Shown here: in pieces, positions 10,871 to 20,682 of the stretch
Layout: each line of letters opens with the position of its first letter
Numbering within the stretch: position 1 is the stretch's first letter
Assembly (NCBI GenBank): GCA_963745235.1
Contig: CAVUXE010000022.1
Span: 32,001-96,000 of the forward strand
Direction of reading: 5' to 3'
DNA from: an uncultured Spirochaetota bacterium
GTDB taxonomy: Bacteria; Spirochaetota; Spirochaetia; SZUA-6; Fen-1364
DNA length: 64,000 nt
The notes under the pieces: generated by a model
What the model was told of the DNA's origin: nothing
The model's database searches: none
What the model saw: only the letters and a program-made list of their open reading frames with translations
Translations under genes and position numbers: made by a program

Positions 10871-11181
10871 AGCTGGATTTCTTCCTCGAAGCCTGAGACG
10901 AACGTGACATCCCGCGGGGCGAAGTTGGCGAGGTCATCCCGCGCCGCGCGGCCTTCGGGAGAATCAAGGATGCGCTGCATGGCCTCCTTGCTCGTCGCGT
11001 AAAGGTCCGCGATCATGTGATACGGGCGGACCGAGCCGTCATCCGGATTTATGATCGGGGTGATGGTCCACCGGGTGAGGCCCGGCATCCTTCTGGCAAG
11101 CGGGATGTGAAAGCGTCGGTAGTACGCATCGAAGGCAGCAGGGTCCTGCGGGACCCCGTAAAGAACGCTGAGGCGATACAT
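10867..11181 (-). CDS. EthD family reductase-like protein
   Basis: YGVPQDPAAFDAYYRRFHIPLARRMPGL...SPEGRAARDDLANFA. Confidence 0.9.
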   Translation of the reverse strand: MYRLSVLYGVPQDPAAFDAYYRRFHIPLARRMPGLTRWTITPIINPDDGSVRPYHMIADLYATSKEAMQRILDSPEGRAARDDLANFAPRDVTFVSGFEEEIQL

Positions 11182-11186
11182 GCCCC

Positions 11187-12032
11187 TCATCCTTTCTCGC
11201 GGCGTTGCGCGCCCATCGTCAGCCTGGTGAAGCTTTGCATGTGGTCGACCATGGCAACTTCCGTCGGAAGCCGCTCCATGCTGGAGGCGCCCAGGAAGCC
11301 GTGAATCCCGGGCACCGCGGAGAAGACCGTCGCAACCTCGTGCGGCCCCGCGATCGGACCACCGTGGCAAAGGACGATCATGTCTGGATCCGCGCTGACG
11401 GCAACCGCGTGCATGCGGGTGAGCGTTTTGATTGCGCTCTCGAGCGACATGGCCGTCTTCGCTCCGATCATTCCCTGCGTCGTCAACCCCATATGCAGCA
11501 CGATGACGTCCGCACCCGCCTTCATCATTGCGGTCACCTCGGCGTCGTTGGCCACGTATGCCACGGTCAGCAGATCGAGGGCGTGCGCCTGGCGGATCAT
11601 GTCTACCTCACGGTCGAACCCAAGCCCGGTTTCCTCCAGGTTCGCCCGTATGATTCCATCGAACAGGCAGACAGTCGGGAAGTTCTGGACACCCGTGAAC
11701 CCGACGTCCTTCACCTGGCGGAGGAAATGCGGCATGACACGGAAAGGATCCGTGCCGCACACCCCCGCGACGACGGGGATCCGGGTGACCACGGGAAGGA
11801 TTTCCCCGCTCATCTCCATGACGATGGCGTTGGCGTCCCCGTACGGCATGAGACCCGCCATGGAGCTGCGCCCGGCCATGCGGTAGCGTCCCGAGTTGTA
11901 CACCACAATGAAATCCAGCCCCGCCGCCTCCGCGCACTTGGCGGAAAGGCCGGTGCCGGCCCCTCCCCCGATCACGGGATTCCCACGACGGATCTTGTCT
12001 CTGAGGGCCCCGAGGACCTCGCCACGATTCAT
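11187..12032 (-). CDS. Phosphoenolpyruvate-hydrolase-like TIM-barrel protein (TIM-barrel signal transduction family)
   Basis: GGGAGTGLSAKCAEAAG, YNSGRYRMAGRSS, GVQNFPTV, LCHGGPI, GASSMERLP. Confidence 0.92.
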   Translation of the reverse strand: MNRGEVLGALRDKIRRGNPVIGGGAGTGLSAKCAEAAGLDFIVVYNSGRYRMAGRSSMAGLMPYGDANAIVMEMSGEILPVVTRIPVVAGVCGTDPFRVMPHFLRQVKDVGFTGVQNFPTVCLFDGIIRANLEETGLGFDREVDMIRQAHALDLLTVAYVANDAEVTAMMKAGADVIVLHMGLTTQGMIGAKTAMSLESAIKTLTRMHAVAVSADPDMIVLCHGGPIAGPHEVATVFSAVPGIHGFLGASSMERLPTEVAMVDHMQSFTRLTMGAQRREKG

Positions 12033-13321
12033 GTGACCATCATCTCCCTTCTTCGCTCGAGCCATCCGGCGATGAGATCTGCCGCCGCGCCGGAAATCCG
12101 CGGATCGTTGATGTCGGCATCGAACTCCCTGACTTCTATGGACCCTCCGAGGCTGGACAGGAGTGACTCGAAAAGCGCTTCATCCGCCGCGGGGTCGTAA
12201 AAGGGCTGGCCGGCCACGGAGATCTGGGAAAGGCCCCGGCGCGGCACCAGGACAGCCACGGCACCGCGGGAGGCGTTGAGCTTCCGCGAGATGCGCCGAC
12301 CGAGCTCCGCGCATTCTTCCGGGGAGGTTCGCATGAGGGTGACGTTGGGGTTGTGCTGATGGAACAGTCGGTGAGCGAACCGCTCGGGCACCGTCTCCGG
12401 GGGACCGAAGTTCACCATGTCCAGCGCCCCGAGGCTCACGACCTGCGGAATCCCCACACTGGCAGCGGCGGTCAACCGCTCGGGGCCGGCCGAGCATACT
12501 CCGCCCACCAGGTCATCTGCCAGCTCCGTGGTCGTGATGTCCGCCACCGCCTGGATGTGTCCCGAGCGGATCAACGCCTCCATGCTGCGGCCGCCCACCC
12601 CGGTCGCGTGGAACGTGAGCGGCTCGATCTCCTTCAGGGCCAGGCGATCCCGGATTGCCGTACAGCATTGTGTGGTCACGCCGAACATCGAAATCCCCAC
12701 GACCGGCTTGTCCGCTTCGCTGTCCACGCCCGGCGCACGCGCCATGCCCGCGCACGCGGCCGCCGCGTTGGCAAGGACTTTGCGGGAGATCCTGTTCAGT
12801 CCGCTGATGTCGACGATGGGGTACACCAGGGTCATATCCGTGGCCCCGACGTACGCTCTGGTGTCTCCTGAGACGATGGTGGACACGAGCACCTTGGGAA
12901 GGCCCACGGGGAGCGCCGCCGCCACCGCGGACATCACGAACGCCGCGTTGGAGCCTCCCAACCCCATGACGGCATCCAGATTCCCCTCCTGGTGCAGGCG
13001 TCTGGCGATATTCGCGGCGCCGGCAGCCATGGCCGACATGGCCGCACCGCGATCAGCGTCCTCCTTCAGCCGGGAGAGGTCGGCGCCGCCCGCCCGGGCA
13101 ACTTCCTCACGCGTCACGTCGGCGGCGCCGCGCGGGCCGCCCAGGACACCCGTGTCCGCCACGATAACCTTGCAGCCTGCCTCCCGGAGGAGCTGGGCCA
13201 CGTAGCCGTACTCCTCCCCCTTGGTATCCAGCGCGCCAAACAGGCAGACGGAAGGTTGACGGGGGGGCGCCCCCCGGACGCCCCGGGATCCAGGCAAAGC
13301 TCGCCTATTTGATCGCGCCAA
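12029..13321 (-). CDS. Tm-1-like ATP-binding domain protein (UPF0261)
   Basis: GALDTKGEE, LPVGLPKVLVST, DISGLN, SMFGVTT, FHATGVGG, DITTTE, GALDMVNFG, HNPNVTLMRT; start codon uncertain. Confidence 0.92.
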   Translation of the reverse strand: MARSNRRALPGSRGVRGAPPRQPSVCLFGALDTKGEEYGYVAQLLREAGCKVIVADTGVLGGPRGAADVTREEVARAGGADLSRLKEDADRGAAMSAMAAGAANIARRLHQEGNLDAVMGLGGSNAAFVMSAVAAALPVGLPKVLVSTIVSGDTRAYVGATDMTLVYPIVDISGLNRISRKVLANAAAACAGMARAPGVDSEADKPVVGISMFGVTTQCCTAIRDRLALKEIEPLTFHATGVGGRSMEALIRSGHIQAVADITTTELADDLVGGVCSAGPERLTAAASVGIPQVVSLGALDMVNFGPPETVPERFAHRLFHQHNPNVTLMRTSPEECAELGRRISRKLNASRGAVAVLVPRRGLSQISVAGQPFYDPAADEALFESLLSSLGGSIEVREFDADINDPRISGAAADLIAGWLERRREMMVT

Positions 13322-13399
13322 CGGAAAGCCCCCTCACCAACTGCCTCTGGAAGACTGCAGGAGCGGCAACGATGTCAGGAAAGCCAGGGCCATATTGGT

Positions 13400-13560
13400 G
13401 AAGAAACTAGCATTTGTGTCGACAGTCAAGTAATAAATGACATATTCCAACAGATTTATCGCTTAAGGCTCGGGGAGTCGTCTTAAATAACGCTATATTT
13501 AGTGCTTCATCGTCGCATTTATTGACAATGACACCATAATTGGGGTAGCTTCCCTATCGA
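13400..13560. promoter_or_regulatory. AT-rich divergent promoter region between the catabolic operon and the ROK regulator
   Basis: Sharp GC drop; TTGACA-18 nt-TAGCTT on + ahead of the ROK gene; TG-c-TAGTTT extended -10 candidate on the minus strand. Confidence 0.6.
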
Positions 13561-14790
13561 ATGAGCAAGAAGCACGTTCGTCCCCTTGTGACATGGAGCT
13601 TGAAGGATTCTCCTGGAATGTCTCGACGCGACGGCGCAGGAGAAGTGCTGGAGCTGATCCGCAAGGGCCGGGCCGAGAAGATCGGAGATATCGCAACCGC
13701 CATGGGGATGGCGCGCTCCACGGTTGCCCTCCGGGTGGACCGGCTCGTCCGCAAGGGGCTGGTCGTATCCGCCCGCGGAGAGTCAGCCTCCCGCCGCGGA
13801 AGGCGGGCCGTCGTCCTGAGGTTCAATCACGGAGGCGGGATCATCCTTTCGGCCCACATGGGAATGACGGGCGCCCGGGTGGCGGCAACAGACCTCGCCG
13901 GCACCATCCTGGAGCGAAGATCTCTGGGCTTCTCCATTGGCTCGGGTCCCGAGGCTGTGGTGGCGAAGCTCGAAGAGAGTTTCCGGGAGCTCCTGGCCGT
14001 GGTCACGAAGAATGGCGCGCGACTCATGGGGATCGGCATCGGCATTCCGAGCCTGGTAGAGTTGTTCACGGCTCGACAGCCTCTGGTTCACGCCTGGGAC
14101 AACTTTTCCATTGCCGACCGCTTGAGCGCTTCCTTCGGGGCGCGCACCCTGGTTGATCATGATGTCTCACTCATGGCGCTCGCCGAGCAGCGTCTCGTCT
14201 GGCCTGACGCTGAAGTCTTCCTGTGCGTCAAGGTAGGGACCGTCATCGGGTGCGGTGTTGTTGTCGGAGGCCACGTTGTGCGGGGCGCGCAGGGGATGGC
14301 AGGGGAGATCGGTCACGTGCAGGTGAGCGGAAAGGACGCCCCCTGCTGGTGCGGAAATGCAGGATGCCTCGACGCCGTGGCCGGCGGGGGAGTCCTCGCT
14401 TCCGCATTGGGCGCTCGCGGGTTGCCCTGTTCATCCGCGAAAGACCTGGCCACCCTGGCTGCCGCCGGCGTGCCGGAAGCCGTCCAGGCGGTCCGCACGG
14501 CGGGACGCGACATCGGGGAGGTGCTATCGAGCTCAATAAACCTGCTGAACCCGAGCGTGATCGGCTTCTGGGGTTACCTCGCGGAGGCTGAAGAGCCGTT
14601 GTTCGCCGGCTTGCGGGAAACCATCTACCAGCGTTCCCTGCCCGCCGCAACCCGAAACCTGCAGCTCGTCCGCTCCCATCTCGGTGACGATGCCGGGACC
14701 ATCGGGGCTGCACGGATGGCCATCGAGGAAGTCCTGAAAGAGGAGATGGCGGAAGAACCGTCCGCCGCGGTGTCCGAGCCGCCCGCCTGA
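13561..14790 (+). CDS. ROK family transcriptional regulator
   Basis: N-terminal HTH (ARSTVALRVDRL..KGLV...RGRRA), GMAGEIGH, CWCGNAGCLD; alternative ATG at 13618. Confidence 0.93.
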   Translation: MSKKHVRPLVTWSLKDSPGMSRRDGAGEVLELIRKGRAEKIGDIATAMGMARSTVALRVDRLVRKGLVVSARGESASRRGRRAVVLRFNHGGGIILSAHMGMTGARVAATDLAGTILERRSLGFSIGSGPEAVVAKLEESFRELLAVVTKNGARLMGIGIGIPSLVELFTARQPLVHAWDNFSIADRLSASFGARTLVDHDVSLMALAEQRLVWPDAEVFLCVKVGTVIGCGVVVGGHVVRGAQGMAGEIGHVQVSGKDAPCWCGNAGCLDAVAGGGVLASALGARGLPCSSAKDLATLAAAGVPEAVQAVRTAGRDIGEVLSSSINLLNPSVIGFWGYLAEAEEPLFAGLRETIYQRSLPAATRNLQLVRSHLGDDAGTIGAARMAIEEVLKEEMAEEPSAAVSEPPA

Positions 14791-14864
14791 GGGGAAGAGG
14801 CCCTGGGCTGATGAGGACCGCCGCTTCGTGGTAGACTCGGTGGGGAGATCAGGAGAGAGGAGCC

Positions 14865-17800
14865 TTGGCGGATACCATCGAGACGCTGCAGGCGGAGCCC
14901 GCACCGCCTGGCCTGGCTGAAGAGGCCATCCTCACCACCCACCGCATCCTTGCGGCGTTCGGCCGCGACAGCCGTACCTTGGACGTCCTCCACGCTGACC
15001 TGTTCGACTCCCGGTCCGCCGTCGCCCTCTCCGCCCTCGAGGCGGTGAGCGCAATTGCGGACCGCCGCAGCTTCGTGTACGTGGCGCGCCTGTTCAACCA
15101 CCCGGACCCGTCCATCGTTTGCGCTGCCGTGCAGGCGGCGGGAACCATAGCCCTGCCGGAAGGGCTTCCCCTTCTCCTTTCGCTTTCTACCAATACCCGG
15201 GATGAGACTGTGAAGCTGGAAGTCCTCCGCGCGCTCGTCCGCGGCTTTCCGAGCTCACCAGAGACCCGCCAGCTTGCTCTGACGCTGTCCCTTTCAGTGG
15301 CCGTTCAACCTGAGATCCGCACCGCGTGCCTCGAGATGCTTGCCCAGATTCCGGGAACGGGAAGCCCCGTGGAGCTGGCCGCGCAGCACCCCGATATTCT
15401 GCCCTTCCTTCTCAAGAAAGCCAAGAAAGACGACAGCCTCTGCCAGGCGCTCCTTGCCGCATATGAAAGCACCCATGCGCAGAACCCGGTGGCTCTCCGG
15501 GCGGCGCTTGTCTCCCTTGCCGCATCCTTTTCCTCGAAGCCGGCGCTTTCCATCTTCCTCGAATCTCTGCAGGGGGAGAATCCCACCGTGCGGCGGGAGT
15601 GCTACCGCCATCTCGGAGCCCACCCGGGCCAGATACCCGGCTTCGATGCTGTTTGCGCCGTGCTGGTCGGGACGGTGGAAAGCGATCCATCGATGGAGGA
15701 AGAGGCCCTGGCGGCCATCGATTCGATGGAATCCTCCCTGCAGACGGCCGGATCGACCCCTTCCCTGCCGTCCCTCGCCGGCTTGTCCGCGGTCATCGGC
15801 GGATCGTTCGATGAGCTGCGCTCTGCCGTGCGCGCGGATCTTGACACTTCCCACGAGATGGGCCAGCAGATCGCGAGCGCCAAGGAATACCTGGAGTTCA
15901 ATCTCAGTGAGGAGATAAAGAAGGTATTTCTCCAGTCCATCAGGAGCGGAGCAGGCCAGCACTTGAGGCGTGAGTGCGCCCTCGCGTTGAAGGATTCCGC
16001 GGTGCGGCTCGAACCGCGCCATGTCGAGGGATACAAGATCATGGTTTCCCTGCTCGGAGATCCGGGCCGCGCCGGTGTCGCGCTTTTCATGAGGAACCTC
16101 GTGCACGCAGACACCGGCAAGCGAAACATTCTCTGTCGGCTCAAGCGGTCACTCGCCCTGGCGCGACTGGCGCCTCCCGCCGAGTCCAAAGAGCTGTTCC
16201 TCTCTCTTCTGGAGTGGGCGCGGACCATGAAGCTCTTCCGCCTGGCAGAGCTTGCACTGTTCGCCCTGCACCGCGTGGATCCCTCCGCGGCCCTCACCGT
16301 CTGCCGCGAGTTCATGACCCCGCCCGTGGCCAACAAGTTCCTCGCCACCGCGGCCTTCGATCTCCTGAAGGAAATGGACCTCGCGGCAATGGAGCCGGCG
16401 ATAATCGGACTGCTGCACGAGAACGACCGATACATCCGCCTCCTGCTCCTGGAATCCCTCGCCTCCGTGGAGACCTTGCCCGGGCGTGAATCTTTCCCGC
16501 GCCCTCCTTCAGCTCTTCTGCACGGAAGCGGACACGGAGATCACCTCCAAGCTCGTCGATCTTCTGGGAGCGAGGGGAGACGAGGTGGTCGCACGGGCGC
16601 TCACCGAGGTCTATGACCGGCTCGACCCGTGGAAGAAGACGCTCGCGATTTCCCTTCTCAGCCGCATCGCGCAGAGAACGGGTGCGGACAGCAGACCCAT
16701 CCTCACCGAGTTCCTCTACCGTGTCCTCCGCGCCGACTCACCGCCGGTCCTCGCGCGGGTGCCGTCAGCGCTGATCGCCCTGGGGGACGACTACGCTCCC
16801 AACGTGCTGCGCGACCTGCTTCCGCGCCTCGGCGCGGCGGAGCAAGCCACCCTGGTGAGGGACCTGCGGGACACCCTGCGGCCCGCGGTGATAGCCGTGA
16901 TCTGGTCACTCCTGCGGGAAAAGGATCCGGGCCTGCAACAGACCCTCCGTGAGATTCTGCCCCGCACCTCGGATCCCCGCGCTCAGCAACTGCTCGTCAG
17001 CATGGTGCGCACCCTGCGCACGAACATCAGCGAGGTCGAGCCGGAGAAAACAGAGGCAGCCGTGCAGGAGGCCGCCCGTCTTTCTTCGGAGAAAGAGACG
17101 TACCGCTTCGAACGGGAGCACACCATCGAGTGCGCGGTGCTGTTCACCGACATCCAGGACTACTCCGTCAAGGCGCAGGAGATCTCCGCGCTGGAGTTGG
17201 GCGCCCTGCTCCAGGAGTACGAGGGGATCCTCCTTCCCATCCTGGATGCCCACGAAGGGACCCTGGTGAAAAGGATGGGAGACGGACACCTGTTCGTCTT
17301 CCGCAAGCGGCTTTCCGCGGTGCTGGCCGCAATCCGGCTGCAGAAAGCCCTGCGGCGCTACAACCGTTTCCGCCCGGAGAAACAGCGGGTGCAGGTCAGG
17401 ATCGGCATCCACTGGGGGGAGGTGGTCGAAAGACCCGGCGACGTGCTTGGCAACACGGTGAACATAGCCTCCCGTTTGCAGTCCGTGGCATTGGGCGGTT
17501 CCACCTGCATGTCGCACGAGGTGTACAGCAAGGTGGCGGACTGGATTCATGCGAACGATCTGGGTACGCTCAAGATCAAAGGCATCCGGGACCCGATCCG
17601 GGCCTGGGAGCCCACGGAGGCCGCCCTTGGCATGCCTGCGGACCTGGATCCGCTCAAGCGGGGCGGCCCCCGGGACGCTGCGTCCCGCATCAACAGCCTC
17701 GACGGCACCTTTTCCCGCTCTCACGATGATGTGCTGGTGGCAGTCCTTTCGCAGACCTTCCAGCACCTCCAAGCCGTCAGCCGCAAGAGCGCCCGCAGCG

Positions 17801-17919
17801 GAGAAGAGGCCGTTATCGATGACGAGTTCCTCAAGGCGTGGGAGACTCTCCAGTCCCTGTTCCCCTCGATTGCGGACAGCGACAATCAGCCAGGCTCGAC
17901 GGAACCTCAGAACGAATGA
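14865..17919 (+). CDS. HEAT-repeat protein fused to a C-terminal class III adenylate/guanylate cyclase (about 1020 aa), frameshift near 16480
   Basis: Helical HEAT-like repeats (LFNHPDPSIVCAAVQAAG, LQGENPTVRRECY, LLHENDRYIRL); cyclase motifs LFTDIQDYS, VKRMGDG, RIGIHWG, DVLGNTVNIASRLQ. Confidence 0.85.
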
Positions 17920-17933
17920 TCAAGGAGAGACGC

Positions 17934-18632
17934 ATGCGTGAACCAGCGGCAGAGGTGCGCTCCGAACCGCTCTTTCTGGCGGGCGCAATTGCGGCGCTCG
18001 TGACCCTTGTCATGACGATCGTTCCTCTTGCCCTCGTATTCAGCGTGCCGCAGCCTCCGCTCAGCGGCGGCGCAGAGCTTCTGAGGTACATCGGCTCCAA
18101 CAAGGCCGTCTACATCCTCGAGCTTGCAACTTTTGCCGGCCTGGGCCTCCCGGCGCTGGTTGTGTTCCTTTCACTTGCCGTGGCGCTGAAAGACAGGGAC
18201 AGGACCCTTGCCGTGGTGGGAGGGGTCATCGGCGTCGGTTCGGAAATCATCGCGCTGGCCGTCAACAGCAGCCCGCCGTCGCTCCACGCCGGCCTCGTGG
18301 TCCTGAGCGACCAGTTTGCCGCCGCCGCGACGGAGGCGGGGCGGGCCGCACTTGCCGCCGCGGCAGACGGCCTTATGGCCATCGCAAACACGGTCACTCC
18401 GGCAGGCATCATGACGGCACTCGCGATTCTGCTCCTGTCGATCGCCATGGTGAGGGGGCCTTTTCCGAAATGGTTCGCATGGGTCGGCGTTGTGACGGGC
18501 GCCCTTGGAGCCTTTTCCGAAGCGCTTCGCAACCTGATAGGCGCGGCGTACGCCCTCTATGGGCTTCTCCTCCTGGTCTGGTTTGCAGGTGTCGGCCTGG
18601 TGCTGTTCAGGTTGTCAAGGACAGGACCGTAA
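17934..18632 (+). CDS. Multi-pass membrane protein (DUF4386-like)
   Basis: About six hydrophobic helices; MVRGPFPKWFAWVGVVTG; SD AAGGAG. Confidence 0.65.
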   Translation: MREPAAEVRSEPLFLAGAIAALVTLVMTIVPLALVFSVPQPPLSGGAELLRYIGSNKAVYILELATFAGLGLPALVVFLSLAVALKDRDRTLAVVGGVIGVGSEIIALAVNSSPPSLHAGLVVLSDQFAAAATEAGRAALAAAADGLMAIANTVTPAGIMTALAILLLSIAMVRGPFPKWFAWVGVVTGALGAFSEALRNLIGAAYALYGLLLLVWFAGVGLVLFRLSRTGP

Positions 18633-18646
18633 CAGCCCGCTGCACC

Positions 18647-18967
18647 CTACTGCAGGATTGACCACGCGGCCGGGCTGAGGTCCGTCACGACAATCGATGA
18701 AGAATCGAGGACCGAGTCTATCCGGGGAGCGATCACGTTCTTCCACTGGTCGCTCTCGTAGACCTTGCGATACTGGCGTTTCCTTTCCGCCTCGTTCTTG
18801 AATCGTCTGAGCCACACGTAGAGATCCTTCTCCTTCGGAGCGGTGAACCCCGCGGGAATTACCATTCCCTGGGAAGCCTGGAACGGTACGATCTGCTCCT
18901 CCATCAGCTTCATCCACTGCTTCATCTTGCCTTTCTTCACCCGGTACTGTCGAAGCTCGTATATCAC
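18647..18967 (-). CDS. NIPSNAP family protein
   Basis: MIYELRQYRVKKGKM..W...YVWLRRF. Confidence 0.9.
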   Translation of the reverse strand: MIYELRQYRVKKGKMKQWMKLMEEQIVPFQASQGMVIPAGFTAPKEKDLYVWLRRFKNEAERKRQYRKVYESDQWKNVIAPRIDSVLDSSSIVVTDLSPAAWSILQ

Positions 18968-18995
18968 TGCCCTCTCCTTTCCCAGTCGAAAATGC

Positions 18996-19068
18996 TTGAA
19001 TTGTCAGCCGATCCGTGATAGCCTACGATTATCGTAGAAAGTGTGGCTGTTGTCTACACTTTTCGTAG
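18996..19068 (+). promoter_or_regulatory. ald promoter with two 15-bp operator-like sites 31 bp apart
   Basis: TTGAAT-17 nt-TAGCCT with an extended TG; CTACGATTATCGTAG (19023-19037, perfect inverted repeat) and CTACACTTTTCGTAG (19054-19068). Confidence 0.7.
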
Positions 19069-19079
19069 GAGGTGGTCGA

Positions 19080-20192
19080 ATGAAGGTCGGCTGCGTCAAG
19101 GAAATCAAGAAGCACGAGTATCGGGTGGGCATGACTCCGCACTGCGTACAGTCGTACGTCGCCCACGGTCACCAGGTAGTCATCCAGGCAGGGGCGGGAA
19201 CGGATGCCGGGTTCGAGGATGCCGAATACGAGACGGCTGGCGCGCGGATCGAGGCTGACCGAAAGAAGATCTTCGCCGGCAGCGACATGATCATCAAGGT
19301 CAAGGAGCCCCAACCCGAGGAATACCCGATGCTGCGCGAGGGACAGGTCCTCTTCACCTATCTTCACCTTGCGGCGGACGAGCAGCAAACCCGGGCTCTG
19401 CTGGGACGCAAGATCAAGGGCGTTGCATATGAGACCATCCGTTTGCCGGATGGGACGCTGCCCTGCCTCAAGCCAATGAGCGAAATTGCGGGCCGCTTGA
19501 GCGTGCAGGAGGGGGCAAAATACCTGGAGAAGCCGTTCGGGGGGCGCGGTGTGCTCCTGGGAGGCGTGCCCGGCGTGGCGCGCGGCCGCGTGGGCATCCT
19601 GGGCGGCGGAGTGGTGGGCATGAACGCGGCAAAGGTGGCTGTCGGTTTCGGAGCCGACGTGACCGTTCTGGATGTGAACCCGAATCGACTTGCCTACCTG
19701 GACGATATTTTCCGCGGCGAGCTGGCCACACTGTATTCCACGGAGAAGAACATCCGGGACGTGGTGGCTGAGAGCGACCTGGTCATCGGGGCGGTGCTCA
19801 TTCCCGGCACCCAGGCTCCCCGGCTCATCCGGCGCGAGCACCTGCGGCTGATGAAAAAGAGGTCCGTCATCGTCGATGTGGCCGTGGACCAGGGCGGCTG
19901 CGTCGAGACCACCCATCCCACGACGCATGACGATCCGGTCTACGAAGTGGATGGAGTCGTTCACTACTGCGTCGCCAACATGCCGGGGGCTGTCGCCTTG
20001 ACGAGCACCCTCGCGTTGACCAGCAGCACCCTGTTCTACGGGTTGACCATCGCGGATCTTGGGCTGGAGGAGGCGTGCCGCAGGAACCCTGACCTGATGC
20101 AGGGCCTCAACATCTACGAAGGCAACTGCACGTACCAGGGCGTGGCGAAAGCCTTCGACCTTGCCTTCACGTCTCCTGGCACGCTCCTGTAA
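19080..20192 (+). CDS. ald: Alanine dehydrogenase
   Basis: KEIKKHEYRVGMTP, KVKEP, FTYLHLA, PMSEIAGRLS, DVAVDQGGCVET, HYCVANMPGAV. Confidence 0.97.
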   Translation: MKVGCVKEIKKHEYRVGMTPHCVQSYVAHGHQVVIQAGAGTDAGFEDAEYETAGARIEADRKKIFAGSDMIIKVKEPQPEEYPMLREGQVLFTYLHLAADEQQTRALLGRKIKGVAYETIRLPDGTLPCLKPMSEIAGRLSVQEGAKYLEKPFGGRGVLLGGVPGVARGRVGILGGGVVGMNAAKVAVGFGADVTVLDVNPNRLAYLDDIFRGELATLYSTEKNIRDVVAESDLVIGAVLIPGTQAPRLIRREHLRLMKKRSVIVDVAVDQGGCVETTHPTTHDDPVYEVDGVVHYCVANMPGAVALTSTLALTSSTLFYGLTIADLGLEEACRRNPDLMQGLNIYEGNCTYQGVAKAFDLAFTSPGTLL

Positions 20193-20199
20193 GGGACCG

Positions 20200-20634
20200 A
20201 TGCAGCCAGACGACACGGACTGGAAGATCATCTCCATTCTCAAGACGGGCGCCGTTCCCAACAACACGATCGCCCGCAAGCTCGGAGTTTCGGAAGGAAC
20301 CGTGAGGGCCCGCCTCAAGCGTCTCAAGGAGGCGGGCATCCTCCAGATCCGGGCGCTCATCAACCCGGACGTTCTCTCGAACAAGCAGCTTGTCATCGTT
20401 GCCGTCCGCGTGGCGGAGTCCAAGCTCCTGGAGCGGAAAGCCGAGGAGCTTGCGCGGCTGGAGAACGTCCTGTCCGTGTCCATTGCCTCCGGGCGCTACG
20501 ACCTGATCGCGGAGGTGCTCCTGGACTCCAACCGGGGGCTCGTGCGCTTTCTGACAGAGGAGCTTTCTTCCATAGAAGGCATCCTTGCCTCGGAAAGCTT
20601 CATCATGCTGAAGAACTACAACAAGTACGTGTGA
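20200..20634 (+). CDS. Lrp/AsnC family transcriptional regulator
   Basis: DDTDWKIISIL...IARKLGVSEGTVRARLKRL; SGRYDL. Confidence 0.93.
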   Translation: MQPDDTDWKIISILKTGAVPNNTIARKLGVSEGTVRARLKRLKEAGILQIRALINPDVLSNKQLVIVAVRVAESKLLERKAEELARLENVLSVSIASGRYDLIAEVLLDSNRGLVRFLTEELSSIEGILASESFIMLKNYNKYV

Positions 20635-20664
20635 AAAACGGGCGTGGAGCTGTTCGCCGCGGAG

Positions 20665-20682
20665 TGCTACACTGGCGAAATG
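20665..20682 (+). promoter_or_regulatory. Extended -10 leaderless promoter and original ATG of the epimerase gene (5' exon)
   Basis: TG-c-TACACT (20665-20673), 6 nt, then ATG (20680-20682); no SD; same architecture as 61772-61789. Confidence 0.65.

Noticed and set aside
13410-13440. Defined ROK operator palindrome
   Set aside because: Only weak symmetry (ATTT...AAAT); not enough to call a site.
14865-18632. Pycsar system
   Set aside because: The cyclase has ATP-type specificity residues, and the membrane protein looks like a generic DUF4386-type protein, not a PycTM effector.
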